Assembly (NCBI GenBank): GCA_010405405.1
Contig: MU004237.1
Coordinates: 596,191-660,190, forward strand
Direction: 5' to 3'
DNA from: Microthyrium microscopicum
Taxonomy: Eukaryota
Length of the DNA: 64,000 nucleotides
The notes below the pieces were generated by a model, which made no database searches, was not told the origin of the DNA, and saw only the letters and a list, made by a program, of their open reading frames with translations. Of this stretch, positions 1-13,500 are shown in pieces. Each line of letters begins with the position of its first letter. The first letter of the stretch is position 1. The position numbers were made by a program, and so were the translations under genes.

Positions 1-122
1 ACCATCATAGCCTTAACTCATTCTCGAAATCCAAGGAAATTCAAGACTTTCTTAAAATGCTTATATCTAGAGCTTAATCTTTTACACATCAGATCATAGT
101 ATACTAATACCACGCTCTGCTT

Positions 123-1233
123 ATGATGAAGTTCCTCCCCATCCTGTTCGTTTCCCTCGCAAGCGCCATCTCCGTTTCGAACTTCACCGCCGCAATTCCT
201 CAATGCATCGACCCAGCAGGCACACAGCAATGCATCGATAAATCCAATGTAGGAATCCTCTCAGCATGTGAAGCCGCCTGCGGCTGCGGCGATGCCTTCA
301 CCTGTGGCTTTGGAAGCGCAGACTGTGTCCTGGCATGTGGTTGCGCAGCTTTTCAGGGGGTAATCAATTGTATGGTGTCGAACTGTTGGAATAAGGTTCG
401 TAGCGCCCTTTAGCGTATACTTTAATGCCCTGTGCTTATGACGGTTTGTATGAGAGTTTGTACGATGAGGCTGATGCGAATAGGTGTATTCATGCGAATA
501 TCAGCAATTGCTTATTGATGCGGCTACATACTGTCCAATTTCCACGCCACTATACTTCCCATTCTTTGGGGCGAAGGTTGACCAGCCGGGTTCATGTTCA
601 TGTGCGTTGACGGATCTTTGGGCTAGTCAACTTGTTGCGTCGAATGCGGAGACTACTTGTTTGAAGAATAACTTCAAGCTTGGGACTGAATGTTCTTGTT
701 GTGCTGCCGCTGGTGTGACTTCGGTGTATGTATTGGCCTACAGACCATTGCACTGTGACCAGAGCTGACCTCAAAAATACAGATACTACGATCTGTGCAA
801 TACTACCGCCCCTGAAGTGGTCAGGCCGATTGTGGGATCAATACCTTTCAACACTTTCTCGACTTGCGATGCCACTCTATCTAATATCAACTGCTCAGAT
901 GTCCAGCACGGGCTTCCAGTTGCTGCGCCTGGTTTGTTCAAAAGTAGTCTACAGCCAAATGGTACTGCTAGAACATTCTCAAACCAGGCTGGCACGATGA
1001 CGGTGCCGCCATATTCATCAACTACGGCATGGTATTTCTTAGGAACTGCCAAAGGTGCAGTGACCGCTACAGCTTTTCCATATAAAGCGGGCGCACAAGC
1101 AAGTGGATCCATTAGTGCAGCTGGAGGAACTGCAGGAGGTGGCAGCAAGTCCAATAATGCTGCTTCTACAAGACTTGGAAACCGCGAATTTTGGCCACTG
1201 GTTTTACTGGTGGTGACTTTATATTTCCTATGA
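123..1233 (+). CDS. Secreted, Cys-rich, probably GPI-anchored cell-surface protein (3 exons: 123-395, 484-725, 783-1233)
   Basis: Signal-peptide-like MMKFLPILFVSLASA; about 22 Cys. Introns GTTCGT..TAG and GTATGT..CAG join three ORFs in frame. Ser/Gly linker, NNAAS omega-like site and hydrophobic C-terminal tail. Confidence 0.8.
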
Positions 1234-1464
1234 TGCGAATTGTAGATCTCGCAACCTTCCGCCTCGTTCTCTCTTTTATCTCATGGCACCCCCTTTCGTC
1301 TCATCTTCACATCACCTCCAAAAAGGAAAAGCCCCCAGCCACGAAGGCTGAGGACTCTACCTCTCTCTTCTCCTCCCATTCCATCCCAACTCGCAAGCAT
1401 CGAAAAGGAAAAGCAAACAGCCCGCCAGGGACTAAGAGCTCATCCTCCACATCGCCACCCCAGG

Positions 1465-1545
1465 CACAACACCAACCCGCCAATCTCAAGCACAACACCA
1501 ACTCACCAATCTCAATCACAACGCCAACTCGCCAATCTCAAGCAC
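1465..1545. repeat. Minisatellite, 26 bp x 3
   Basis: CACAAC(A/G)CCAAC(C/T)C(G/A)CCAATCTCAA(G/T) at 1465, 1491 and 1517. Confidence 0.85.
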
Positions 1546-1764
1546 GATCTCCCCCGGTCCGCGGCAAACCGCATCCCGACGAACACCGGCCCACGACCAC
1601 TGGTTGAGTATACCTTTGCTTGGCCCCACATCAGGTGACGTCCTGCCAGTCGCCGCATCAAGATCAGAGACTCCCTGCATTACAGGGAGGAAGCTACCAA
1701 GCGCAAGGCCAGACGCATCGCTGCGGCCCGCCAGACAGATGCAAGACGCACCTCGCTAATCTGC

Positions 1765-1820
1765 CCATCGCTGGGGATGCGAATGTATGTCCCTGTCCAT
1801 CGCTGGGGATGCGAATGTAT
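1765..1820. repeat. Tandem duplication, 32-bp period x 2
   Basis: CCATCGCTGGGGATGCGAATGTAT identical at 1765 and 1797. Confidence 0.85.
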
Positions 1821-2065
1821 CTCTGTCCCTGCTCTGCCAGCGGCAACTCACTGCGGCCCGAGAGCCTGCATGGCGTCCATCAATGGTCTTTGTCCTTTTC
1901 ACCCCGCCTATGGTGAAGAGGAAGAAGTTGTGGAAGAGTGTGAGAGCAAAAGGCTTTAAGGTGAACGAATTTGCAAGATGTCTGCTTTGGGATGGGAATG
2001 TCACTGCTGAAGTGACGGGTGGCGTGACGTTTGGAGATGTGGAGTGGGTGAGTGGAGGTAGTCAG

Positions 2066-2317
2066 GTGTAGTGAGTAGCTGGATTTGGGCGGTATGGTAG
2101 TGATGAGGTGTAGTGAGTAGCCGGATCAGGGCGGTATGGTAGCGATGAGATGTAGCGAGTAGCCGGATTTGGGCGGTATGGTGGTGATGAGATGTAGTGG
2201 GTAGCCGAATCAGGGCGGTATGGGGGACATAAGATGTAGTGAGTAGCTAGATCAGGGGGGCATAGGGCGCATGAGATGTAGTGAGTAGCCAGATTGAGCG
2301 GTATAGTGATATATGAG
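2066..2317. repeat. Minisatellite, 42 bp x 6
   Basis: Consensus RTGTAGTGAGTAGCCGGAT(TT/CA)GGGCGGTATGGTAGTGATGAG, units starting at 2066, 2108, 2150, 2192, 2234 and 2276. Confidence 0.9.
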
Positions 2318-3124
2318 ACGTACGAGTTGTTTACAAGTAGTGATAAGAGGTTATGAGAATTTTTATGAGAAGCGATGAGAGTCATGAGTCGCTATGAGAC
2401 CCTCTATGAAGTAGCGATGAGCTTATGAGACGGCTGCAAGTGGTAATAGGATGTCACGAGAAGCTTTATAAAGTAGTAATAAGAAGTCACAAGTGCTCCG
2501 CGAGTAGTAATGAGAAGTTATGACATGCCGTAGTGACAGCGATGAGAAGTCTTGAGACGGTTCGCCAGCAATATTGAGAAGTCGTGAGTTGCATTACCAA
2601 GGAAGGGACTAGTCTTATGACTTGCTAGAGATGGTGTTCAGAAGTCGTGACTAGGTTGCAAGTAGTAGCGAGATGTCCTGAGCGCTATGGATGCCAGCAG
2701 TGATAAGAAGTCAGGAGACGAGTAGCCGTAAGCAGTGACAAGTCTATGAATGTTCACAAGAAGTAGTGAGCAGCGATGAACTACCAAGAATAGCAAGAAG
2801 AAAGTATCAAAAGTGAGCGACCGGATCTGGTTTGTGAGTTGCGATGAGAGGGAAAGAAGTGACCGCAGCCTCTTTGAAGACCAATGAACAGACAAAATTG
2901 AACTAGGCGGTTAGATATATAACAATGGAAGAAGCTCAGTCGCCTAATTCGGTTGAGGAAAGCAAATTCGTGATATTTTGATACTGAGTATTCATACTAG
3001 ATCTAACCTCAAAACCAAAAACGCCAACAATGCATTGCCATAATTTGTGTTCTTTGCGCCAATCCGGGAAGTTACGCTTGCATTTTGTGAAGTAATCAGA
3101 TACGCCTTGGAAGTAGTTGTTCCT

Positions 3125-3980
3125 TTATTCGTCCGATGAGTTGGTCAGACTGAGGTAGGCGGTCCATGCAATACCGATAGTAGAGACAAATGGCTGTGAA
3201 AGGGTGCGTTAGCGTCGGCTTCGTCGCATAGATCATGCCTCATAAGGCTTGAGGAAGAGGGTCGAAACTTACAATCTGAAACTGCAACGGGATAACCCGA
3301 AAATTCAAGATCTGCACCGCCGGCCAAACCAGGTAATTCGCCTTCAGCGCAGGCACATATACATCTCTAAACTTCTTCGTCACCGCCCTCCTTCCACCGC
3401 CCTCCGCGACTGTCATAAACGTAAAGAACAGCCCCAAACCCACTGGCGCAAACAGCAACTGGTCAAATGCCACCCTCTTCATCGCCTGTCCAGTCGCGCC
3501 ACCAGCTTTCAACGGGAATGTTGAGCTCAAAAAGCTAAACCATCTGTGTTGCACGGGCGCCATCAGGAAACCGTATGCCATGAAGCGTGTGAGGCGCTCA
3601 AAGTCGAACGGTGGTGGGAGACCGAGGGAGGAGGGGATGAGAAGGTCTTCGTTGAGAGGGTTTTTGTTGTCGAGGTCGTGAATTTCTATGGCGAAGAAGT
3701 CGTCTCTGTTGGGACCACCTTTACGCACTGCACGTTGGCGGATTGCTGTGAGGGTTTGGGCGACTGTGTCTGCTATGCCACCTAGGACCTGATATAGTTG
3801 TTAGTATCGTAGGAAGCGCGGGATCGTTGAAAGGACTAGACGGTTCGTACGGCGTTGGTTATCATGGTGGTGAGTACTAGACACGTCAGCGAGGTTCATG
3901 CATGGAAGTGGAAGGGACATACCCGGCCTTGAGGCATAGTAGGAGTTGAAGCGCCGCACGAGCATAGATACGATGGCCAT
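3125..3980 (-). CDS. Mpv17/PMP22 family membrane protein (4 exons)
   Basis: Spliced product MAIVSMLVRRFNSYYASRP-VLTTMITNA-VLGGIADTVAQ...KRVAFDQLLFAP...ANYLVWPAVQILNFRVIPLQFQI-PFVSTIGIAWTAYLS carries the typical family motifs. Confidence 0.9.
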
Positions 3981-4716
3981 TTGAAGGAGAAATATAAGAG
4001 CGTGAAGGAGAGGCTGAATCAATTGTTCATTAGTGATCTTTCACAAGGGCATCGAGGGATGGCACAAGGCCTCAGGTTTGAGATGGGAACGCACCAGTTT
4101 TCCGTAAATGTATCTCCGATTGAGAGCCCGCAATACACCGCGCCGTTGTTGTTCAATCATACTGACGTAGAAGAGGATGGATGCACAGATAGCCGCGATA
4201 TCGAGGCGAGGCGGCGGATCTTGGTGGTGACGTCGCTAGTGGAGCAGGCGCCAATCGAGGCTGGTACAAAGCACTGACACGGGGAATTGCAATAACACTG
4301 GCCTCGTCGGATTATCAGGAAGACAAACTATGAGATGCTGAGGTGTAAATAGCGTACGAAATAATAGGGAAAATGGATCAAGTGTGGTAGGAAAGCAAGA
4401 ATTGGCAAGTAGGTCAGATGGTGAGGTGGAGAATGAGAGGATCAAACACAGCCCAGCCGCCAACCTTCCTGATTGGTCTAAATATCCTCAGTCAGCCTTG
4501 TGGTTGGATTCTCCAATAAAATTTGCATTATTAAAGGGTATTTCGAGGGCTATCAAGGATTTATACTCTTGTGCTCCCCAAAAGACGCCATACTATCACA
4601 ACATCTGCCAGCTCTTTTTCGATTCAAGCTTCCGATTGTGCCAGATCTCACAACAGAGATCTTGTTTCACAACTTCCCGAGGCTTGCATCTACAACGTGA
4701 AACACCCGCTAAATGT

Positions 4717-6584
4717 TCAAGACTTTGCACAAACTACGATGTCTGGCAGCTGTCTAATGTCCACCGTCTGTTGTGTGGCCAAATCCACCAGCCGCAATGC
4801 TTCTAGCTGCAAGACACCCGCTTTCATGGGAAGAAACTGTAGCTCTGCCACATAACATGCCGATGGTCCAAGAGCACTATTAGAGTTAGATGCAGGGTGA
4901 CAAAAAGGAGAATGAAGAACTTGCCCAACTCGCACATCAGGTGTCAAGCAGAGAATTTCTGCTGGTTCAATCGTTGACCCCTTTTGTGTCGAATAGAGGA
5001 TGTTGTCATCCAACACCGGATTGACCATACGACCATTCGATCCTATTGAACTTCCAGTCGAGCTAGGCCGTCTCGCAGCAGCGTATATATCCGTAGCTTT
5101 GCGCTTCGGTATTGGGATCAATGCGAATCGCTGAGGTCTCTCTGACCGATTGACAATCAACACCTCCCACGAAAACGCCTCCTCCGCAACGATCTTTTCT
5201 GGGCCAGAGATCGTCAGGCTTACTCCTTCTGCGACAGCTGGCGCTGATGGGAACTCTATCACTTCTCCTGTCATCACAAGAGCATCGTGCTCTATTGATG
5301 AAAGTGGTTCCAAGGGCGTCAAAGGCATTGGTCCTGCGCGAGAAGTTGGGCGCGATGGAGGTAATTCGAGGGCGGTCTTCCATTTTATCTTCACTTTTGG
5401 TATACATATATCTGATACCAGGATTGTGGAAGAGAGTGATATCGTTAGTGATCTTGACGCTCCTGGGTCTGGTATTTGTCTATCCGACAGCGATGGCGGA
5501 AGGATTTTGTATGTCAGCGTGAATTGCTCAGCAGGCCTTCCGCGCTGTGGAAGATTAACACCTATCGCTTCATAAGAACCTGAGGACAGCTTGAGGCTGA
5601 TGCTGTCTAATGATACATCGCAAGCTGCAAAAGGTGTAATCTCAATATCGAAACATGCAAGAATGGCGTCCTTCTCGGCGAGACCTGGGAAGCGCAAAAA
5701 TCGGATCCGCCATAGAAATGCTGGTGCCGCTCGAAATAGCCTTCGTGCTCCGATTTTGATCGGTCTCGATGATTCGTTCAGTGCTGGCGCGCTTGGAAAG
5801 GGCCGCGTTATCCTTGATGCTGAGAGATGTGGATTTATGCCAGCCAGACTGGGATCGCTGGTGAATGATTGGAGAAGGTTAGTGGAGGTGGGCATTATGC
5901 TTGGTAGATATTCGTTATCGTGATTATTTCCAAAGAATGCTTTCGGCGGATTCAATACTGTTATGGGGTTGAAAAAGACTGCTAGTTTCTGCAGCCGTGT
6001 TTTTGGTCTCCCTGTTTTGTGTGAGCGTTGAGTTGGTGGACATGTTATCAAACTCACCAATCGGTATAATAACTTTCCAGAAAAGAAACAGATACTGTTG
6101 CGGTTCTGCATCGTCTTCCGGTTGAATCTCAGTCGCACACATCAGCGGCTCCTCTGATATGTTCACCGCTTCTGCAGACAGCGCTTCTGTCGCCTCCCGT
6201 ACCACAGCCGGGTTCCGGGCATCACCCGGTTTGTCTATAATTTGACCCGTAGCTCGAGTCTCCACTGTAATAGCAAGCCGTGATATGAATTGTTTCAGCT
6301 CATCCTCATCCAAGGCCGGTATTCGAAGCAACACATAAGCAGTGAGCAGTTCATCTGATGCCTACCATGAGCAAGGGTAAACACAATAGCTCTCCAAAAC
6401 GCGACACGAACATACCTAATAGTATAAACTGTCTTGGCTCGATAAATGGGACCATAGACGTGGAATCTTCAGGAATTTCTCCGTCCCATGCTTGGAACAA
6501 GTCTTGCAGGTCGACATCACTGGCGTTGGGCACTACGACCTCCGCAATGGCGGCCTCGGCGATTGCTGTGCTTCTCTCTGCCAT
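4717..6584 (-). CDS. TRS65: TRAPP-II subunit Trs65-like protein (multi-exon)
   Basis: N-terminal FIEPRQFILL-DELLTAYVLLRIP; C-terminal Ig-like region WEVLIVNRS...LCLTPDVRVG..LGPSACYVAELQFLPM..GVLQLEALRLVDL resembles Pezizomycotina Trs65. Confidence 0.75.
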
Positions 6585-6895
6585 AGTTCCATGAAAAGGT
6601 TATTGACAGGTCGTTTCTTCGCGTTTCATGCCATTCTGTAATTTTTTGCTAGTAAGTGAAGAAGTTATGCGAAAGCCAATGATCAAAATCTAGACCATGG
6701 AAGTCTGTAGCCCTAACCCTAGATCTTCACGTCCTACCAATTTGGACGACGTGGAGCTCAACTCCATTGCCAAACTAATTCACCAGCACGCGACACTTGC
6801 TATCTACTTCACAACAACAATACTACTCTCTAGACCTGTCCAAGAACATGCGATCTCCTTCTCACGCATGCCAACAATCGCCTCATTAGCCCACC

Positions 6896-9812
6896 ATGGC
6901 CGGCATGTTCTCCAACGCCCTGCGCTCCTTCAACTCCCCCATTCTCTCAAACTACAAACTCGCCGAACAACCAACCTCCACCGCCGGGCCCTGGAAGATC
7001 TTTGACGCCAAACACAAAACGAATGGCAAAACCGTCTCTGTCTTTGTTTTCGACAAGAAGACACTCGAGCCCAATGCCAACGCCTCCTATGGCCGATCCA
7101 CTGGCCGCTCCGCTGGTGGCTCCGTGAAGCGCGCGCAGGAAGAAGTCGTTGAGCGATTACGGAAAGAAGCGTCGAGTTTGGCGCGGTTACGGCATCCGAG
7201 TATATTGGAGCTTGTGGAGCCGGTGGAAGATACGAGGAGTGGCGGATTGATGTTTGCGACGGAGCCGGTCACTGCGAGTTTGGCGGGATTGTTGAGTGAG
7301 AAAGATGGACAGGAACGGCGGGGTGGAAGATTTGTGGTTGAGGATGGGGAGGGGAATCGGAAGAGGAGGGAGATTGAGATTGATGAGTTGGATATACAAA
7401 AGGGGCTGTTGCAGATTGCAAAGGGTATTGAGTTTTTGCACGAGAGTGCGGGCTTGATTCATGGGAATATCACGCCTGATGCGGTGGTGATAAATTCAAA
7501 GAGCGATTGGAAGATTACAGGATTGGGGTTCTCGGGAAAGGTTGAGGGGACGACGGTTGCGACGAGTGCGGCGCCGATGGTGCTGAACGAATTGCTGAAT
7601 TTCGATCCGAGATTACCACGGTCCGTTCAGTTGAATCTGGATTATAGCAGCCCGGATTTCATACTGGATAATAATGCGTGTCAAGCGGCAGATATGTTCT
7701 CTCTCGGGATACTTATCATCGCATTATACAACTCGCCACATAAAAGTCCACTTGAAACGAATATGAGCATATCAGCATACGAACGGATGTTCTCCTCCTC
7801 CTCTACAGTACCATCACAAACAAATAACTTCATGTCATCAGCACCTGTCGCCAAGCCAGTACAAATGCTGCTATCTCGATTAATCACTCGGAGGCCAGCG
7901 CAACGATTGAGCGCGAAAGAGTTTCAGCAAGCTGAATACTTCGATAACATACTCGTATCGACCATTCGATTTCTGGAATCATTACCAGCCAAAACCCAAC
8001 GAGAGAAATCACAGTTCCTCAGAGGTCTTCCGCGGATAATGCCTCAGTTTTCTAGCAAAGTACTTGAACGTAAAGTTCTACCTGCGTTGCTAGACGAAAT
8101 GAAAGATCGGGAACTCATTGCATTGATCCTGCAAAACGTCTTTAAGATGATCAAGGGCATGCCATCTTCAAAAAGAGCTTTCCCGGAGAAAGTAATACCC
8201 AAACTTCGCGAAACCTTCATTCCTCCTCCGAGCGGGAAGAGAGATCAACAGGTTCAACCAGAACGAGATAGTGCTAAAGAAGCTGGACTGATGGTCATAT
8301 TGGAGAATATGCAGTTAATATCAGACAATACCACGGGCTCGGAATTCAAGGATGGTAAGTTATCATTGTTGGTCGCCAGAGATCTGCTAATATTTCTAAG
8401 AAATCCTTCCTATAATACACTTCGCCTTGGACTCACCGACACATTCACTAGTGGATGCTGCTTTGGGAGTCTTGCCTGTTATTCTATCAACTCTGGATTA
8501 CTCCACAATCAAGAACGAAGTGTTCCCTGTCATAGCTGCTGTGTTCAGCAAAACAAGCAGTATGGGAATCAAAATCCGAGGACTCGAGGCACTGAAGCTA
8601 CTCTGCGGTGGCGGAGGTACGAATGACGATGATGGATTAAACGGCTTTGATGATACAACTTCAAAACAAAAATCTAACAGTGTCATTCTGGACAAATATA
8701 CCGTACAAGAGAAAGTGGTTCCACTACTCAAAGCTATCAAAACGAAAGAACCAGCAGTCATGGTAAGTTGTTGATGAAGAAGCATTATATTGCCGAGCTA
8801 ACCGATTCAGCTTGCTGCTTTGGACGTCTTCAAAGAGATAGCCAAACTCGCCGACGCAGAATTCCTCGCCATGGAAGTCCTCCCGATCCTATGGAACTTC
8901 AGTCTCGGTCCACTCCTAAACCTCCAACAATTTCAATCCTTCATGTCCCTGATCAAGGGTCTCTCCGCCAAAGTAGAATCCGAACACACCCGCAAACTGC
9001 AAGAGCTCTCCGCCTCTAATCCTGTCTCCGCCAGCCGTAACGACTTCATGACTTTCGGCGGACCAGCCCTCCGCAGCAACGGCTTCGACGAACCCAACGG
9101 CGATACCAATGATTTTGAAGCCCTCGTCCTCGGAAAAGGCGGTGCACTCAGTCCCACTGCCTCCGGCTCCGACTCTTTTGACATCTGGAACAAGCCAGAG
9201 CAAGTCCCTTCCAATCATATCCCTCTCCGCACATCGCGGCAGGCCAGTCCAGCACCAACATTCGCGTGGTCTACGCCTTCTCCCACTTTACCGTCAAGAA
9301 ATACATCGACGACTAGCATGTCTACCGCAAGTCAGCCGATGAGCGCATTCTCCACCCTCCAACCGACTCAACCGAATAGACCAATATCAACAACGTCACA
9401 ACCCATAAACTGGTCGTCCTCTACCACCACACCCGCCACCCAATCCACAATATCTAATCCATGGTCCACTCCATCCGCCACCACACCAGCCGCAAACCCA
9501 TGGAACGCCGCTCCCATAGCACCAGCTCCGAATCTCTGGGCGCAGCCTGCCGCACAACCTACGCTTAATCAGTCATTCAATCAGCCGTTAAGACCTACGG
9601 TTAGCTCACAGTCTTCATTTGCCATTCCGCCGCCACCGCGTTCACCGTATACAGCAGGAGGTATTGCTCCGCCGCCTGCGGTTAACGCGCCGAGAATGGC
9701 GGGGGCCATGAACAGTTTAGGTCAAATGGGAGGACAGCAGCAGCGACAACAACAGCCGCCGCCTCCACCGCCGGGTGCTGGTGGGTTGGATAAGTATGAG
9801 AGCTTGTTGTAG
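6896..9812 (+). CDS. SCY1: SCY1-like pseudokinase with HEAT repeats and low-complexity tail (introns 8355-8400 and about 8763-8809)
   Basis: GPWKIFDAK, VSVFVFDKK, LARLRHPSILE, HGNITP, WKITGLGF; HEAT region; ends GLDKYESLL. Confidence 0.9.
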
Positions 9813-10589
9813 AATGTATATGTGAAGACTCTGGCTTATGGCATAAAGTCAATTTGACTGGCAATTGTGATCAACGTTGAAAATGCGACTTTGATCTACT
9901 GGCTGTTTTCCTCAGATCGCTGGCATATGGCGTGATTGAATGGGTAAACCTAGAGTAGGTTTAAAGCTATTCGTGGGCATCAAACGTGTTGGTGGATATC
10001 CTGTTATCGACACTGGCTTTGGCTTGAATCGAATGCTCCCAGCCATCGTTTAAGACCATAAACGAGAGCAGCGTGTTGATACAGACGTTGTTCGATGGTT
10101 GGCATTGAAATGGCCGCCACTGCACATGATTTCCTCGGTTATCATGGCTATGTTTTTGGATAAATGCTCTTTGCAAAGACTTGATTGCTTTACAGTGGAC
10201 TTGCGGCTTGTCCGTTACTTGAGCTCCATCAAGCATCGATTGTTTGGTCTTTTTGCTTCTGTGTTCGAACAAATAACCATTGTAAAAGCTCGATTGCCGT
10301 GCAGTTGGCATGTGGTTTGGCCATTTCTTGAACACTATGAAGCATCTTATCTCTGCACTCATGCTTTGTCTATTTTATTCTGCCTGTCATCGAGCTTCGT
10401 GTGTTTAGTTTTCCTGCTTACGTGTTCGGACAAAGCATCTTTGCTACATCTTGATTGCCTCAACAAGGGCGATGGGCTTTTGCGAATATTTGCAGAGGGT
10501 ATAAGTCTGGGAGCTGCTAACATTGCCACCAACATAGGCTTCCCAGCTGTACCACAGATCAAATACACGTAGCAATCACTGCGTACACC

Positions 10590-13500
10590 ATGGCTGAAAT
10601 CATCGCAGGGGTTTCTATTGCCTCTAGCTTCATTCAACTTGTCGACTTCGGAACGAAGGTCGTATCCAGGCTCCACGATTATAGATCCGACTTCCAAGAA
10701 CTGCCCAAAGTATTTCGTGATCTGCATATACAGCTTCCATTACTGTTGAGAACAATTGAAGCGCTTCGATCAAAGGCAGAAAGTTCAACGCTTCCGGGAC
10801 TAAAGGATCACCTGGTGCCAATTCTGGATGGGTGCAAGAATGAGCTCCAATCGCTCGATCAGCTACTAACTGACCTTCTACCGGTGACAAACTCATGGAG
10901 AGAAAAGCTAAAGAAAGCCTCTCGAAGTATCTTCCAGGAGTCCAAACTCGAAAGGATGCATAAAACTCTTCGACAATATACCGACACTTTGATGTTCTAC
11001 AGCATCGCGGAGGCACAGAATGGACCAAGTACATTAGGTACTATGCAATTCGGTTTCCTCCAGTATGTTTTATGGTGCTAACTGCTGATAGGGGAAGAAG
11101 TCGACACGCAGAACGAGGCAACTGAAGCCGAAATGGAGAGAATCCGACGATGGGTAAAAGGCCCAGATCCACACATCAACTATCAGAGCGCCCTGAACCA
11201 AAGACTTGACAAAACCGGCTCTTGGTTTCTAGAAGGCAATGAATACCAGAACTGGAAAGCCCAGGACAAGTCCCTGCTGTGGGTCAATGGTATTCCAGGC
11301 AGCGGGAAGTCGGTGTTGAGCGCTTCCATCATTGAAGACGTTCAGCAGTCCCGCCCGGGACTAGCCCTTGCTTTTTTCTATTTCAGTTTCAACGATCCAG
11401 AGAAGCAACTATTTGACAGCTTCTGCCGCTCGATCTTCCAACAGCTTACTCGTCAAGCTCTGATAATCCCCAAACCCATTAAAGAGCTGTTCAGGTCGTG
11501 CACTTCAGGGCGTCGAACACCAACGGTATACGAGTTGGTAAAGGTCTTGGGTGATTTGGTAGGAGCGTTTCCAGGATGCTACCTCATAGTCGATGCTCTA
11601 GATGAAAGTAGCGAGCCTGACAACGTCCTACGCCTCCTAAAAGATCTCTGGTCTCGTGAGAACATTCCGCATCTACATATCTTGATGACCAGTCGGAAAG
11701 AGCGAGACATAGAACTAAGCTTGAGTGGATTTGTGGCCGATGAGGACTGTGTCAGTCTTCAAACGAAGTCAGTCGACGAAGACATTCGTCGGTATGTCCA
11801 GTACTGTTGGGACCATGATCCAAAGTTCAAGAAGTGGAGGAAGAATTCAGAGCTCAAAGCGCAAGTTGAAAAATCCTTGATGCTTAAGGCAAGCGGCATG
11901 TAAGTTGAATGCTTCTCTGGAGGGAGGCACTGTCTGATTCTGCTAGGTTTCGATGGGCATCGTGCCAGATGGATGAGCTCAGGAAGTGTATCAACGTCAA
12001 ACAACTTCGCAATGCCTTAGTCAGCTTGCCAAAGGATTTGGATGAGACGTACGAGCGGATATTGTGTGGGATTGAAGAACAAAATCGCGAATATGCACTT
12101 CGAGTTCTACGATGGCTGGCCTTCGCCAACAGTACCCTCACGACTCTAGAAGTTGCGGAAATAGTTGCGATTGATGCTGAAGGTGAGGGTGCATTTGATA
12201 AAGACGAGGTTCTATCCGACCCGGAAGATATCATCGCACTCTGCTCAAGCCTCGTGACCATTCGAGAAAGCGCAGTGGTTCTCGCACATTACTCCGTTCA
12301 AGAGTACCTGGTATCTTCACGCGCATGCCAAGGACCGGCCAAACATTTCGCCCTTGAAGCAAGACATTCAAATGCGATCGTGGCTTGTGGATGTCTCATG
12401 TATTTGCTGCACCTTGCTGATGGTAGCATGCACGATCTCAAGAAGCTCAAACTATTCTACCCGTTGGCTTTATATTCAGCCCGCCAATGGTGGACTCATG
12501 CGAGCCAGGCATCTGAGAGTTGCGCTGATAGGATCTGCATATTGGCCAACAAACTCGATGGCAATTACCGCGGCTTTACTATATGCCTCTCTTTACACGA
12601 CCCCGATGACAACAATAACCAAGGTCGGAGAAGTACGAATGAGAAGCCAACTCCAGAGCTGTTGTATCATGCAAGCTGCGCAGGTATCATTCCCTTGATA
12701 CGGCAGCTGATGTCAGCTGGAGCAAATGTCAACCATGCGGGCGGCTACCTCGGAACCTCACTTCAAGCCGCGATTGTAAAGAAACACTCACCGGCTGTAA
12801 AGATGCTTCTCGCTGGTGGTGCACACGTTGATGTATGCGGAGGGCGGTACGGATCTGTACTCAATGCTGCATGTGCCACAAACTCGGAGAATATAGTGCA
12901 GCAGCTGATTGTTGCTGGTGCAGATGTGAATCTTCAAGCAGATACGCATGGCTCGCCTCTGCAGGTAGCATGTTGCACTGGATCTGATAAAGTCTTGCAA
13001 CTGCTATTGAAAGCCGGAGCAAATGTGAATGGCCCCCAACCTTTTAACGACAAATTTAACCTATCTAGAGCCGGGGCGTACAGTCCTTTGCAGATCGCAG
13101 CATTCTGCGGCTACACCACGGTTGTAGAGAAACTCCTCGCGGCTGAGGTTGAAGTAGATCTCACCCCGAGTAATCCCGAGCACATTGCGAAAACCTCCAC
13201 GGCCGTCCAGTTAGCAGCTGGCAAAGGCTTCTATGAAATAACAGAGAAGCTGATTGCCGCAGGAGCCGATATCGATCGAAAAACAGCCAGCAGTCCACCT
13301 GCTCTTGCCAGAGCCTGTGAAGCCAAGCATGAGAACATTGTCAGGCTACTAATCCATGCTGGGGCTGATGTGCTTGACTCCGCCACGCTCTTTACTGCTG
13401 TCAGATGCGGGAACGAAGCAGTCATCCAACAGTTTCTAGCCGCAGAAGCTCGTGTTGGCCCACTCTTTGTGGCCCGGAATGATACTTCCTCAGAGCAAGA

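Noticed and set aside
2066..2317. CRISPR-like array
   Set aside because: Units are contiguous degenerate tandem repeats without unique spacers, there are no cas genes, and the context is eukaryotic.
6896..7800. Kinase lacking HRD and DFG motifs as a novelty or pseudogene
   Set aside because: This is the normal state of SCY1-family pseudokinases.
9967..10572. ORFs upstream of the NLR as an amyloid or effector partner gene
   Set aside because: No recognisable domain, amyloid repeat or splice pattern; they look like chance ORFs.
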